This document shows positions 17,323 through 28,485 of a stretch of 51,606 nucleotides of DNA, one piece after another. The position numbers were made by a program, and so were the translations under genes. Source of the DNA: Gemmatimonadota bacterium. GTDB lineage: Bacteria; Gemmatimonadota; Gemmatimonadetes; JACCXV01; JAHWKZ01. Under the pieces are notes generated by a model. It searched no databases. It had not been told where the DNA came from and saw nothing but the letters and a program-made list of their open reading frames with translations. Position 1 is the first letter of the stretch; each line of letters starts with the position of its first letter. The stretch spans positions 1 to 51,606 of the forward strand of contig DASQEN010000290.1 in the NCBI GenBank assembly GCA_035633635.1, written 5' to 3'.

Positions 17323-18654
17323 TCATCGAACGGCGGCCACGGCCCGGAGGCTCTCGTCGAAGAGAGCCAGGAACGCGTCGACGTCGGCGGCGCCGATGTT
17401 GAGGCACGGCGCGATGCGCACGGTGTTGCCGTACAGCCCGCCCTTCCCGATCAGTAGTCCGCGGCGCTTCGTCTCCTCCATGAGGCGCTGGGTGGCGGCC
17501 GCCGCCGGCTCCTTCGTCTCCCGATCGGTCACGAGCTCGACCCCCTGCATGAGCCCCATCCCGCGGACGTCCCCGATCAGCGGATGGCGCTCCTTGAGCG
17601 CATCGAGCCCGGCCCGGAGGCGCGCGCCCATCGCGGCCGCGTTCTCGAGCAGCTCCTCCTCCTCGATGACCTGGATCGTCGCGCTCGCCGACCGGCACAC
17701 GACCGGGTTGCCGCCGAACGTCGAGAGGGTGAGCCCCTTCCACAGCGCCGCCAGCTCGGGCGTCGTGGTCGTGACGCCCATCGGCATCCCGTTCGCGACC
17801 CCTTTGGCCATCGTCATGATGTCGGGCACGACCCCGTATTGCTCGATCCCCCACCACTTGCCTCCCGTCCGCCCCCAGCCCGTTTGCACCTCGTCGGCGA
17901 TGAACAAACCGCCATAGCGGCGGACGATCTCGACCGCGATCTCGAAGTACTCGGGCGGCGGCGTGATGAAACCGCCCACACCCAGGATCGGCTCGGCGAT
18001 GAAGGCGGCCACGCTGCCGGGCGTGGTCGTGCGGATCAGCTCCTCGATGTCCTGCGCGCAGGCGACCCCGCACGAGGGGTACTCGAGATGGAGCGGGCAT
18101 CGGTAGCAATACGGCGCCAGCGCGTGCTTGATTCCGGGGACCCAATCCTGGCTGCGCCATGGGGCGTGGGCGGTGATCGTCGTGGCCATCATCGAGCGGC
18201 CCGCATAGGCGTGCCGCAGGGCGATCAGGGCCTGGTTGCCGGTCGCCGCGCGCGCCAGCATGACCGCGGTTTCGTCGGCCTCGGTGCCGCTGTTCGTGAA
18301 GAAGCTCTTCGTCAGGTCGCCCGGCGTGAGCGAGGCGATCTTCTCGGCCAGGTCGACGATCGGAGCGGTCGGATAGAGGGTCGACGAGTGGACCAGCGTC
18401 GCGGCCTGGTCCTGGATCGCCTGCGTGACGGTCGGATGGCAGTGCCCCACCGAGACGGTCAGGATCCCGCCGAAGAAGTCCAGGTACTCGCGCCCGTCGT
18501 GATCGTAGAGGTACTGCCCCCGCCCGCGCGCCAGCGGCAGCGGGGTCTCGTAGTAGCGGATGACCGCGTCCCAGAGATAGCGGTCGTGCCGGGCATTGAG
18601 CTCCGCCGCGAGCCCTGCTTCCGCCGGCGCCACGGCCTCGATTCGATCGATCAC
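17323..18654 (-). CDS. Class III PLP aminotransferase, AGXT2 / beta-alanine-pyruvate transaminase-like
   Basis: DFFGGILTVSVGHCHP...FFTNSGTEADETAVMLAR...FIADEVQTGWGRTG...DIMTMAKGVANG. GTG 18654 overlaps the upstream stop (GTGA). Confidence 0.85.
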   Translation of the reverse strand: MIDRIEAVAPAEAGLAAELNARHDRYLWDAVIRYYETPLPLARGRGQYLYDHDGREYLDFFGGILTVSVGHCHPTVTQAIQDQAATLVHSSTLYPTAPIVDLAEKIASLTPGDLTKSFFTNSGTEADETAVMLARAATGNQALIALRHAYAGRSMMATTITAHAPWRSQDWVPGIKHALAPYCYRCPLHLEYPSCGVACAQDIEELIRTTTPGSVAAFIAEPILGVGGFITPPPEYFEIAVEIVRRYGGLFIADEVQTGWGRTGGKWWGIEQYGVVPDIMTMAKGVANGMPMGVTTTTPELAALWKGLTLSTFGGNPVVCRSASATIQVIEEEELLENAAAMGARLRAGLDALKERHPLIGDVRGMGLMQGVELVTDRETKEPAAAATQRLMEETKRRGLLIGKGGLYGNTVRIAPCLNIGAADVDAFLALFDESLRAVAAVR

Positions 18655-19523
18655 AGCTCCACCAGCTCGTCGTACGTCTCGGGTCGCCGATCGCGGTAGA
18701 ACTGCCACGTCTGCCGCACCTCCTCGATCGTGTCGAGGTCGAGATCGGCGACCACGACCGCATCCTCGTCGCGCGGCGCCTCGGCCATGATCTGCCCGCG
18801 GGGATCGCAGAAGTACGAGGTGCCGTAGAACTCGCCGATGTCCCAGGGCATCTCGTGGCCCACCCGGTTGATCGCGCCCACGAAATACCCATTCGCAACC
18901 GCGTGCGCCGGCTGCTCGAGCTTCCACAGGTACTCGGAGAGCCCGGCCACGGTGGCGGAGGGGTTGAACACGATCTCGGCGCCGTTCAGCCCCAGGATCC
19001 GCGCCCCCTCCGGGAAGTGGCGGTCGTAGCAGATGTAGACGCCGACGTTCCCGGCCGCGGTCTCGAACACCGGGTAACCGAGGTTCCCGGGCTTGAAGAA
19101 GAACTTCTCCCAGAAGCCCGGAGCGCAGTGGGGGATGTGGTGCTTGCGGTACTTGCCGAGGTAGCGGCCGTCCGCGTCGACGACGGCGGCCGTGTTGTAG
19201 TACACCCCGGTCTTCTCCTCCTCGTAGACCGGCAGGACGAGCACGACTCCCAGCTCCTTTGCGAGGTCCGCGAACCGTCGGGTCGTCGGGCCGTCGGGGA
19301 CCGCCTCGGTCAGCGCGTACCACTTGCGGTCCTGATCGGCGGGAAAGTACGGCCCGTAGAAGATCTCCTGGAAGCAGACGACCCCGGCTCCCTGCTCGGC
19401 CGCCTGCCGCAGCAGGGTCTCGTGCTTCTCGATCATGTCGCGCTTGATATCCTCGATCGGACGGCTCGCGTCGCCGCCCGGGATTCCGGCCTGGACCAGC
19501 GCCGCTCTCACCGTTCTCGCCAT
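18651..19523 (-). CDS. Beta-ureidopropionase (N-carbamoyl-beta-alanine amidohydrolase), nitrilase-superfamily type
   Basis: CN-hydrolase catalytic triad context CFQE(E)..., KYRKHHIP (K), GVYICYDRHFPE (C). Strong resemblance to the eukaryote-type enzyme (IVFNPSATVAGLSEYLW...AINRVG). ATG 19523. Confidence 0.85.
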   Translation of the reverse strand: MARTVRAALVQAGIPGGDASRPIEDIKRDMIEKHETLLRQAAEQGAGVVCFQEIFYGPYFPADQDRKWYALTEAVPDGPTTRRFADLAKELGVVLVLPVYEEEKTGVYYNTAAVVDADGRYLGKYRKHHIPHCAPGFWEKFFFKPGNLGYPVFETAAGNVGVYICYDRHFPEGARILGLNGAEIVFNPSATVAGLSEYLWKLEQPAHAVANGYFVGAINRVGHEMPWDIGEFYGTSYFCDPRGQIMAEAPRDEDAVVVADLDLDTIEEVRQTWQFYRDRRPETYDELVEL

Positions 19524-19524
19524 G

Positions 19525-20715
19525 TCAGATCGCTCCTCGGGTTCGCAGGCTCTCGATGGTTTTGGAATCATAACCGATCTCGGCGAGGACTTCCCCGGTG
19601 TGCTCGCCGAGAGAAGGCGGCCGCCGTCGGATCCTCCCCGGGGTGGCCGACAACTTGACCGGGATTCCGAGGAGCCGAAGCGGTCCCGGCCCGTCCCCAT
19701 CCACCTCGACCACCATCTCCCGGTGCCGCGCCTCGGGCGACTCCAGCGCCTCCGGGACAGGGCGGATGCGGCCGCTCGGGATCCCCGCCGCGCCGAGCGC
19801 CTCCAGCCAGTCGGCCGACGGGCGCGCGGCGAAGACAGCCTCGAGGAGCGGCACGAGCTCGTCCCGATGCATGACCCGCGCGCCATTGGTCGCGAAGCGC
19901 GGGTCGTCGACCCACTCCCGCTTTCCCACCATTTCGCACAGCGCCCGCCACTGGCGCTCGTTGCCGACCCCCACGTTGATCCACGCGTCGGCCGCCTGGA
20001 AGGTCTGGTAGGGGACGATCGACGGATGCGCGTTGCCGAGCCGCGCCGGCCGCGGCCCGCCCGACCACCAGCTCTGGGCGTGATACGTGAGGAGCGACAG
20101 GAGCCCGTCGTGGAGCGCGACCTCGACCCGCTGCCCGACCCCCGTTCGCTCACGGGCGAACAGCGCGGCCAGGATTCCCTGTACGACCAGGAGCCCGGCG
20201 GTCTCGTCCCCCAGCGAGATTCCTACGCGAGTCGGGGGTCCCTCCGGCCACCCGGTGACGTCCATGACCCCAGACTCGCCCTGCACGATCACGTCGAACG
20301 AGGGCTTCGTCGCGCCGGGCCCGGTCGTCCCGTAACCGTTGATCAGCGCATAGACGACCCGCGGCGCGCGCGCATGGACCGCATCCCACGAGAAGCCCAG
20401 CCGCTCGATCACGCCCGGGCGGAAGTTCGAGGCCACGACGTCCGCTTTCTCGATCAGCCGCCAGAGGGCCTCGCGACCCGCGTCGTCCTTGAGGTCGAGC
20501 GTGACGCTCCGCTTGTTGCGGTTGACCGCGGTGTAGTAGGCGCTCGCGCCCCCGGCCTGCGGCACCCACGGCGGGCCCCACGCTCGCGAGTCGTCCCCGC
20601 CGTCCGGGTTCTCGACCTTGATCACGTCGGCGCCCAGGTCGCCCAGGATCATGGTCGCGTACGGGCCCGCCAGGATGCGGGTCAGGTCTACGACCCGGAT
20701 CCCGCTAAGCGGCAT
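19525..20715 (-). CDS. Family III CoA-transferase (CaiB/BaiF/Frc family)
   Basis: MPLSGIRVVDLTRILAGPYATMILGDLGADVIKVE...D(D)SR.WGPP is the family hallmark. 396 aa. Confidence 0.85.
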   Translation of the reverse strand: MPLSGIRVVDLTRILAGPYATMILGDLGADVIKVENPDGGDDSRAWGPPWVPQAGGASAYYTAVNRNKRSVTLDLKDDAGREALWRLIEKADVVASNFRPGVIERLGFSWDAVHARAPRVVYALINGYGTTGPGATKPSFDVIVQGESGVMDVTGWPEGPPTRVGISLGDETAGLLVVQGILAALFARERTGVGQRVEVALHDGLLSLLTYHAQSWWSGGPRPARLGNAHPSIVPYQTFQAADAWINVGVGNERQWRALCEMVGKREWVDDPRFATNGARVMHRDELVPLLEAVFAARPSADWLEALGAAGIPSGRIRPVPEALESPEARHREMVVEVDGDGPGPLRLLGIPVKLSATPGRIRRRPPSLGEHTGEVLAEIGYDSKTIESLRTRGAI

Positions 20716-20718
20716 CTA

Positions 20719-20870
20719 GTGTCCTGAGTCGAAAGTTCGCCTGCATTCGATCACCGCTGCAGCCATGGATCGCTGCGTTGCGATTCGTCGGCATAGCTCT
20801 GCTATTCCTCCTCATCGCGCCTTGCGCTCCAGGCGCATCGGCGCTCTCGATGCAGCGGCGAACTTCCGAC

Positions 20871-20879
<9 letters not shown>
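20719..20879. repeat. 161-bp intercistronic element bounded by 23-bp inverted repeats (22/23 match)
   Basis: GTGTCCTGAGTCGAAAGTTCGCC (20719-20741) against GGCGAACTTCCGACTCAGGACAC (20857-20879). Pairing extends through CTGCA(T)TCGA / TCGATGCAG. The arms abut the CoA-transferase ATG and cover the NCS1 stop codon. Confidence 0.8.
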
Positions 20880-22669
<1,790 letters not shown>

Positions 22670-22673
<4 letters not shown>

Positions 22674-23083
22674 GACCGGTTCACGACGAAGCTAGCACTG
22701 ACCGCCCCTGTGCAGGGCGAGCTTCCCGAGTACGATCCCGTCAGTCGACCGTTTCCGTTCGAGCTCGACGCCGTTCCGGTGAACGTGCCCGCGCACGGGG
22801 TGGTCTGATTGATCGTGAACGTCACGTTGGCGCCGTTCACGATGCCGCTGATCGAGCCGCCGGTTGCGCTGTCGGTCGTGAACCTGCCCGTCACGCCGCC
22901 GAGGTACTCGGTGATCGTGAACGTGGCCGTCAGCGTGAACGGGTCGCCTCCTGCAGTGCCGTTGACCGTCCCGCTGAAGCTACCCGTGAGGGAATCGTCT
23001 CCAGTATCCGGGCCCGAGCTGTAGCTGTCGCAGGCCGCCAGGAGCGCGGCGGCGAGAACGAAGATCAAACCTTTTCTGCGCAT
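22670..23083 (-). CDS. Small lipoprotein, paralog 1 (137 aa), unknown function
   Basis: ATG 23083 with AAGGAGAGG SD. Lipobox LLAAC. Gly/Thr/Ser-rich beta-type body ending TPCAGTFTGTA...RLTGSYSGSSPCTGAVSASFVVNR. Confidence 0.7.
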
Positions 23084-23166
23084 CCTGCCTCTCCTTCCGA
23101 CCCGGCTTTCGTGTGCTCGCAACGAGGTCCTCGTCGGCGAACGGCGATTCGAGGAGCTACTCGCGA

Positions 23167-23601
23167 TCAGAGCGGAACGGCCTCCGGTGTACGATTCACT
23201 TCGAAGCTCGCCGTGACGGCTCCCCTGCACGACGAACCCGAATACGTCCCCGTCAGTCGGTCGCCGGCGAGAGTCGCGGTGCCGGCGAACGTTCCCGGGC
23301 ACGGGGCGGTCTGATCAAAGGTGAACGACACCGTGGATCCGGTCACCGTGCCACTGACCGTTCCAGCCCCCCTACCTCCCACGATCGAGAATCCGCCGGT
23401 CACGGTGCCGAGGTACTCGCTCATTTGAAAATTCACAGTGCGTGTGAATGGATTGCCCTTCTCGAAACCCTCGATAGTTCCGTAGAAACCTCCCGTGAGA
23501 GATCCGTCGCCGTCGTCCGGCCCCGAGCTGTACCCGTCACACGCGGCCGCCAGTGCCGCGCCAACGAAGACCACCGACTTCCAGGCGTTCATCGCGCGCA
23601 T
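23167..23601 (-). CDS. Small lipoprotein, paralog 2 (144 aa), unknown function
   Basis: Lipobox LAAAC. Collinear with paralog 1 (APCPGTFAGTA...RLTGTYSGSSCRGAVTASFEVNR). Start is ATG 23601, with 23592 as an alternative. Confidence 0.7.
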   Translation of the reverse strand: MRAMNAWKSVVFVGAALAAACDGYSSGPDDGDGSLTGGFYGTIEGFEKGNPFTRTVNFQMSEYLGTVTGGFSIVGGRGAGTVSGTVTGSTVSFTFDQTAPCPGTFAGTATLAGDRLTGTYSGSSCRGAVTASFEVNRTPEAVPL

Positions 23602-23644
23602 CTCTTTCGACCCATCCCTCATGGCAGGAGGAACGTACGGACGC

Positions 23645-24958
23645 TCAGTGCCTGCCTCCCGCACCGGCTGTCCCGCGGGCCACACGATCATTCCACGACT
23701 CGCGCGGGAGGCCCTGGTCGATCTCGACCATCGTGATGCACCCCTCGACCGGACATACGAGCTGGCACAGGTTGCACCCCACGCACTCATCCTCTTTGAC
23801 GCGCGGGACGCGGGTGCCCGCGGGCAGCGCGATGCATTGATGCGCGCCGTCCTCGCAGGCCGCGTAGCAGAGCTGGCATCCGATGCAGGTCGCCGGGTCG
23901 ATCTCGGCGATGATCTTGAAATTCAGGTCCAGGTCGCCCCATTCCTCGTAATTGGGAAGCGCGCGCCCGCGGAACTCCTCGATGCGCGCGTATCCCTTTT
24001 CCCGCATCCACTCCTCGAGCCCGAGCGTCATCTCCTGGACGATCCGGAACCCGTAGTGCATCGCCGCCGTGCACACCTGGAGCGAGGAAGCGCCCATCAA
24101 GAGGAAGTCGAGCGCATCCTCCCACGACTGGATGCCGCCGATCCCCGAGACCGGAATCCTGAACTCGGGGGCTTTGCCGAGCCGGGTCACCATGTGGAGC
24201 GCGATCGGCTTGACCGCCGGGCCGCAGTAGCCGCCCGAGCTCCCTTGGCCGCCGACGGACGGAATGGGGCTGAACGTGTCATGGTCGATCCCGATCACGC
24301 TCTTGAACGTGTTGACCAGCGACACACCGTCGGCGCCGCCCCGCTGCGCGGCCATGGCCGGATCGAGGATGTCGGTGATGTTCGGGGTGAGCTTGACCAG
24401 CACGGGGATCGAGGAGAACTCCTTTGCCCAGCCGGTGATCTCCTCCAGGACGCGCGGCTCCTGGCCCACCGCGGATCCCATCCCCCGCTCGCACATCCCG
24501 TGCGGGCAGCCGAAGTTGAGCTCGAACCCGTCACAGCCCGTGTCCTCGGTGCGGCGGATGATGTCGCGCCATTCGTCCTTCGTGCCGACCATCAAGGACG
24601 CCACGACCGCGTGGCCGGGGTAGAGCTGCTTGACCTCGGCGATCTCCTTCAGGTTCACCTCGAGCGGCCGATCGGTGATCAGCTCGATGTTGTTGAACCC
24701 GGCGACGTTCCGGCCCTGGTAGTCGATCGCGCCGTAGCGGGAGGCCGTGTTCGTGATCGGGTCGCCCAGCGTTTTCCACACCGCCCCGCCCCAGCCCATG
24801 TCGAACGCGCGCATGACCTGACCGGCCGTGTTGGTCGGCGGGCCGCTGGCCAGCCAGAACGGGTTCGGCGAGCGGATCCCGCCGCAGTCGATCGACAGGT
24901 CGACCGGCCGACCCGGCCGCTGGCCGCCGTTGCCTCGGTTCCCATTGGTCGTGCTCAT
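23645..24958 (-). CDS. preA: NAD-dependent dihydropyrimidine dehydrogenase subunit PreA (DHODH-like TIM barrel plus C-terminal 2x[4Fe-4S])
   Basis: NPFWLASGPPT...NIELITDRPLE...FELNFGCPHGM...GGYCGPAVKPIAL, plus ferredoxin motifs CIGCQLCYAAC and CVGCNLCQLVCP. ATG 24958 overlaps the preT stop (ATGA). Confidence 0.9.
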   Translation of the reverse strand: MSTTNGNRGNGGQRPGRPVDLSIDCGGIRSPNPFWLASGPPTNTAGQVMRAFDMGWGGAVWKTLGDPITNTASRYGAIDYQGRNVAGFNNIELITDRPLEVNLKEIAEVKQLYPGHAVVASLMVGTKDEWRDIIRRTEDTGCDGFELNFGCPHGMCERGMGSAVGQEPRVLEEITGWAKEFSSIPVLVKLTPNITDILDPAMAAQRGGADGVSLVNTFKSVIGIDHDTFSPIPSVGGQGSSGGYCGPAVKPIALHMVTRLGKAPEFRIPVSGIGGIQSWEDALDFLLMGASSLQVCTAAMHYGFRIVQEMTLGLEEWMREKGYARIEEFRGRALPNYEEWGDLDLNFKIIAEIDPATCIGCQLCYAACEDGAHQCIALPAGTRVPRVKEDECVGCNLCQLVCPVEGCITMVEIDQGLPRESWNDRVARGTAGAGGRH

Positions 24959-26313
24959 CGAGCGCCTCCGTTTCCGGCGAGCCACGCGTGGATCGCGCGT
25001 GCGGCCCGCTTGCCTTCGGCGGCCGCGTTCACGACCTCGGCGCCGCCGTTCGCCAGATCACCCCCGGCCCAGTACCTGGGATTCGACGTGCGCCCGGTCT
25101 CCGAGTCGACGTCCACTCGCCCGCGCGTGTGCGCGATCCCGCCGGGAATCGACGCCAGCAGCTCCTCGAGCCGGTTCTGCCCGGTCGCCACGGCCACGAG
25201 GTCCGCCGGCAGCGAAAACGGCTCGCCGACCGCGTGGAACCCGCGGTCGACGGTCGAGAGCCGCACCGCCTTGACCCGCCCGTTGCCTTCGAACGCCACC
25301 GGCACCGCCCGCCACGTGAAGCCCACTCCCTCGGCGATCGCGTGCTCGCGCTCGTGCGCATAGGCCGGCATGCTTTCGGGCCCGCGGCGGTACACCAGCT
25401 TCACCTCCGGGACCCCGAGGAGCTTGATCTCACGGGCCGCGTCGATCGCCGTGTTCCCACCACCGATCACGACGGCCGAGTAGACCGACGCCGGATCCAC
25501 GCGCCGGCCGGTCTTGATCGCCTCGATCAGCGCGGTCGCCCCCCATACACCAACCAGCTCCTCCCCGGGGATCCCCAGCGGAGCGTCCCCGCCGAGCCCG
25601 GTCCCGAGGAACACGGCGTCGAACTCGCGCTCGATGTCCGTCCATGCCGTGTCCCGGCCCACCTCCACGCCGAGCCGCCACTCGATGCCGATCTCCGAGA
25701 GCCACGCCGCCTCCGCGACGCTCTCGTCGGCCTGCATCTTGTAGGGCGCGACCCCGTCGGTGTTGAGCCCCCCCGGCCAGGACGACTTCTCGAGCACGAC
25801 CGCCCTGTGACCCAACCGGACCAGCTCGTGGGCGCAGGCGAGCGAGGCCGGTCCGCCGCCGACGCAGGCGACAGCGTGCCCGGTCGGAACGCCGGCTTCG
25901 AACAGCTGGATGCCCGCGTGGATGACCTCGTCGGTCGCGTGACGCTGGAGCCGTCCGATCATGATCGGGGGCTCGCCTTTGTCGTTGTAGACGCACGCTC
26001 CGACGCAGAGGACCTCGACCGGGCACACCCGCGCGCACGAGTGGCCGAGGGAGTTGGCCTCTAGGATCGTCCGCGCCGCGCCCACGGGATTGTGGGAGTG
26101 GATCTGGCGGATGAACATGGGGATGTCGATGCCGGTCGGGCAGGCCGTGACGCAGGGTGCGTCGTGGCAGAACAGGCAGCGCGCGGCCTCCGCGCGGGCC
26201 TGTGCGTCGCTCAGCGCGGGCTTGAGGTCGGGGAGCCGGGTCTCGACACGGTCGGTCGCGAGCGGCACGGAGATCTCCTGACGAGGGTTCGGGACAGCGA
26301 GAGTCTGGAACAT
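24955..26313 (-). CDS. preT: NAD-dependent dihydropyrimidine dehydrogenase subunit PreT (GltD-like)
   Basis: N-terminal Fe-S cysteines (CLFCHDAPCVTACP, CARVCPVEVLCVGAC) and two Rossmann motifs (VACVGGGPASLACA; VVIGGGNTAIDAA). Confidence 0.9.
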   Translation of the reverse strand: MFQTLAVPNPRQEISVPLATDRVETRLPDLKPALSDAQARAEAARCLFCHDAPCVTACPTGIDIPMFIRQIHSHNPVGAARTILEANSLGHSCARVCPVEVLCVGACVYNDKGEPPIMIGRLQRHATDEVIHAGIQLFEAGVPTGHAVACVGGGPASLACAHELVRLGHRAVVLEKSSWPGGLNTDGVAPYKMQADESVAEAAWLSEIGIEWRLGVEVGRDTAWTDIEREFDAVFLGTGLGGDAPLGIPGEELVGVWGATALIEAIKTGRRVDPASVYSAVVIGGGNTAIDAAREIKLLGVPEVKLVYRRGPESMPAYAHEREHAIAEGVGFTWRAVPVAFEGNGRVKAVRLSTVDRGFHAVGEPFSLPADLVAVATGQNRLEELLASIPGGIAHTRGRVDVDSETGRTSNPRYWAGGDLANGGAEVVNAAAEGKRAARAIHAWLAGNGGAR

Positions 26314-26346
26314 CCCCGCCCCCTCGTCAAGAACGGGCCGGCGCCC

Positions 26347-27828
26347 TCAGCTCGTCGCGGGCTCCCGTGCCTTCTCGGGCGCTCCCGAGATCTCCGGCCG
26401 GTTGCCCTTCTCGATCTCGGCGTGCTCGCGCACGATCATGAAGACCACCACGAACCAGACCAGGATGATCGCCAGGTTCAGCGAGGCGAACCCCTTGGTC
26501 CCGAACGTGAACACGACCGTGCCGAGGAACACCACGACCGCCGACCCCACGTCTCCGATCCGCTGCATGAAGCTGTCCGTGACCTGCTTGGCCTTGTACT
26601 TGATCTCGTGCGTGGTCGGCAGGAAAAGCATCTGGAGCGTGGTCTTGTTGACCGAGTAGTCGGAGGCGTTCTCGACCGTTTTGCCGAGGCGGGCATAGCG
26701 GAGAAACGGCGCCGCGAAGATCAGCGCGTAGGTTCCCAGCGCCACGATCGGCAGCCACAGGAGACCGGCCTTGATGCCGCCGTACTTGATCAGGCGTCCC
26801 ACCACGAACAGCTGGAGGAACATCCCCAGCAGGTTCGCCCACTTGAAGAAGCTCGCGTAGAAGCGCCCGATGACGTTCCCCTCGATTTCGTCGCGCGTCT
26901 CGTCGCTCTTCGGATCGCCGAATTCCTGACCGCCGAGCGTGGCGGTGGTGCCGGAGCCGATGGCCGCCTGGATCACCTCGTCGGCCGTCGCCTCGCCATG
27001 GCCCACCACCAGCTTCCCCAGGATGTACTCGCCCGTCGTGTTGACAAGGTTCAGCAGTAGGACGAGCAGGGCGATCAGCCCGATGTACTTGTACTTGAAG
27101 AGCATGTCGAAGCCGAGGCTCTCCTTCTTCTTCGGCCCCGCCGCGCCTTCCTGCCTGGCCTTCGCGGAGATCTCGCGCTGGCGGGCTTCCATCGCCGCCT
27201 TCCCCCAGACCTTCCGCGAGATGACGTTGGTCAGGACGATACACAGGCCCAGGAATGCCCCCGCCACCAGCAGCATCTCGTAGACGCCGATGAACCCGAG
27301 TAGCCAGTCCGCCACGGAGGCGCCCGCGAACGCGCCGAACGAGCCCCCGAAGGCGACTAGTGGGAACAGGCGCTTTCCGGACTCGTTGCTGTAGACGTCG
27401 TTGGCGTACGACCAGAACTGGGCCACGACCATCACGCTGAAGATCCCCACCCAGACGAAGAACGCGTAGCCCAGATAGGGAACGTTCATCCGGCTGAGCA
27501 GCCAGAACGCGACCAGGCACGCGATGAACGCGGCGGTGACGACCGTGATCAGCCGCGTCCGCTCGTACCGCGAGACCAACTTGGAATAGGCGCCGATGAG
27601 GAAGAAAAGCACGACCGCCATCGCTCCCACCAGGTAGGCCTTCGCCTCCGCTCCCCCACTGGACAGGATCAACGCTTCCCGGACGGGCTTGATCAGGTAA
27701 TACGAGGTAAGTAGAAGGAAGACGTTGAAGGCCATGAGCAGCGTGATCGGGCCCTCGCCGGCATGGACTTCCGTGAACAACCCGAGGAACCGCTCCAGGG
27801 GGCTCCGACGGCTCGCTGCTTGGTTCAT
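26347..27828 (-). CDS. TLC/AAA-family (ADP/ATP translocase-like, Npt-type) MFS transporter
   Basis: N-terminal pattern LLMAFNVFLLLTSYYLIKPVREALILSSGGAEAKAYLVG, 11-12 TMs and a central charged loop. No HEAT-repeat tail. Confidence 0.55.
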   Translation of the reverse strand: MNQAASRRSPLERFLGLFTEVHAGEGPITLLMAFNVFLLLTSYYLIKPVREALILSSGGAEAKAYLVGAMAVVLFFLIGAYSKLVSRYERTRLITVVTAAFIACLVAFWLLSRMNVPYLGYAFFVWVGIFSVMVVAQFWSYANDVYSNESGKRLFPLVAFGGSFGAFAGASVADWLLGFIGVYEMLLVAGAFLGLCIVLTNVISRKVWGKAAMEARQREISAKARQEGAAGPKKKESLGFDMLFKYKYIGLIALLVLLLNLVNTTGEYILGKLVVGHGEATADEVIQAAIGSGTTATLGGQEFGDPKSDETRDEIEGNVIGRFYASFFKWANLLGMFLQLFVVGRLIKYGGIKAGLLWLPIVALGTYALIFAAPFLRYARLGKTVENASDYSVNKTTLQMLFLPTTHEIKYKAKQVTDSFMQRIGDVGSAVVVFLGTVVFTFGTKGFASLNLAIILVWFVVVFMIVREHAEIEKGNRPEISGAPEKAREPATS

Positions 27829-27905
27829 CTGGGGGCCTCCCGACGGGACGTTGGGGGAACGGGGGAACTTCGCACGCGCGAAGCGCCCGGTGTCAGGAAA
27901 GGTTC

Positions 27906-27933
27906 ATTCTATGCGGAAGCGGGCAGGATCGAA
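27906..27933 (-). promoter_or_regulatory. Candidate sigma-70 promoter upstream of the transporter / pyrimidine operon
   Basis: On the minus strand, TTCGAT (27933..27928) is followed by a 16-nt spacer and TAGAAT (27911..27906). This is an AT-rich hexamer in an otherwise 70% GC spacer. The roughly 80-nt leader contains the hairpin CTTCGC-GCGT-GCGAAG and a GGGAGG SD. Confidence 0.3.
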
Positions 27934-28013
27934 AGGGGCGGGCAGGCAGACGGAGGCTGTGCCGGCCGGGGGAGGGTCCCGGCGGCGGGCCACGGGAAGG
28001 GAGTGGCCTTCTC

Positions 28014-28313
28014 TCAGACCGAGGCGCCCGCCGGCTCGTGCTGCTCTTCGGAGACCCGCGGTCCCCATCCGTTCCGGTCGCCGTTCCCCGACCTGGACAC
28101 CGAGTGTCCGGTCAGGAGCCGGTTCAGGTCGATCCCCTCGGCCTCGGCCAGCCGGGCGAGGAAGATCCACGATCGCGGGATCTCGCCGCGCTCGTACTTG
28201 CTGATCGTCTGCTGGACGGAATCGACCGCTTCCGCGAACGTGCGCTGATCCCGGCGGCCGCGGATCTCCTGGAGCCGCTGGCCGACTTCCTGTCGAATTT
28301 CTTTGTCCCTCAT
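28014..28313 (-). CDS. XRE-family helix-turn-helix transcriptional regulator
   Basis: VGQRLQEIRGRRDQRTFAEAVDSVQQTISKYERGEIPRSWIFLARLAEAEGIDLNRLL is a Cro/C1-type HTH. Confidence 0.8.
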   Translation of the reverse strand: MRDKEIRQEVGQRLQEIRGRRDQRTFAEAVDSVQQTISKYERGEIPRSWIFLARLAEAEGIDLNRLLTGHSVSRSGNGDRNGWGPRVSEEQHEPAGASV

Positions 28314-28485
28314 ATTGGTTGTTCTCCCATATGCCGAACGTCAAGGGGCCCGACACGATTGTAGGACAGGCCCACCACACATGCCGTCAGAGATCGAACA
28401 AGACCCCGCAGCGCTCCGGGCGTTCCCTCCGGGCGCTCGCCGGGGGGTGCTTTCTCCCCGGACGGGCGGGGCTAGATTCGCCCGC

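Noticed and set aside
17323-20153. 666-aa and 500-aa ORFs suggesting larger aminotransferase and beta-ureidopropionase proteins.
   Set aside because: Homology-like sequence starts at GTG 18654 and ATG 19523 respectively, each coupled to the upstream stop. The N-terminal extensions are low-complexity and overlap the neighbouring genes.
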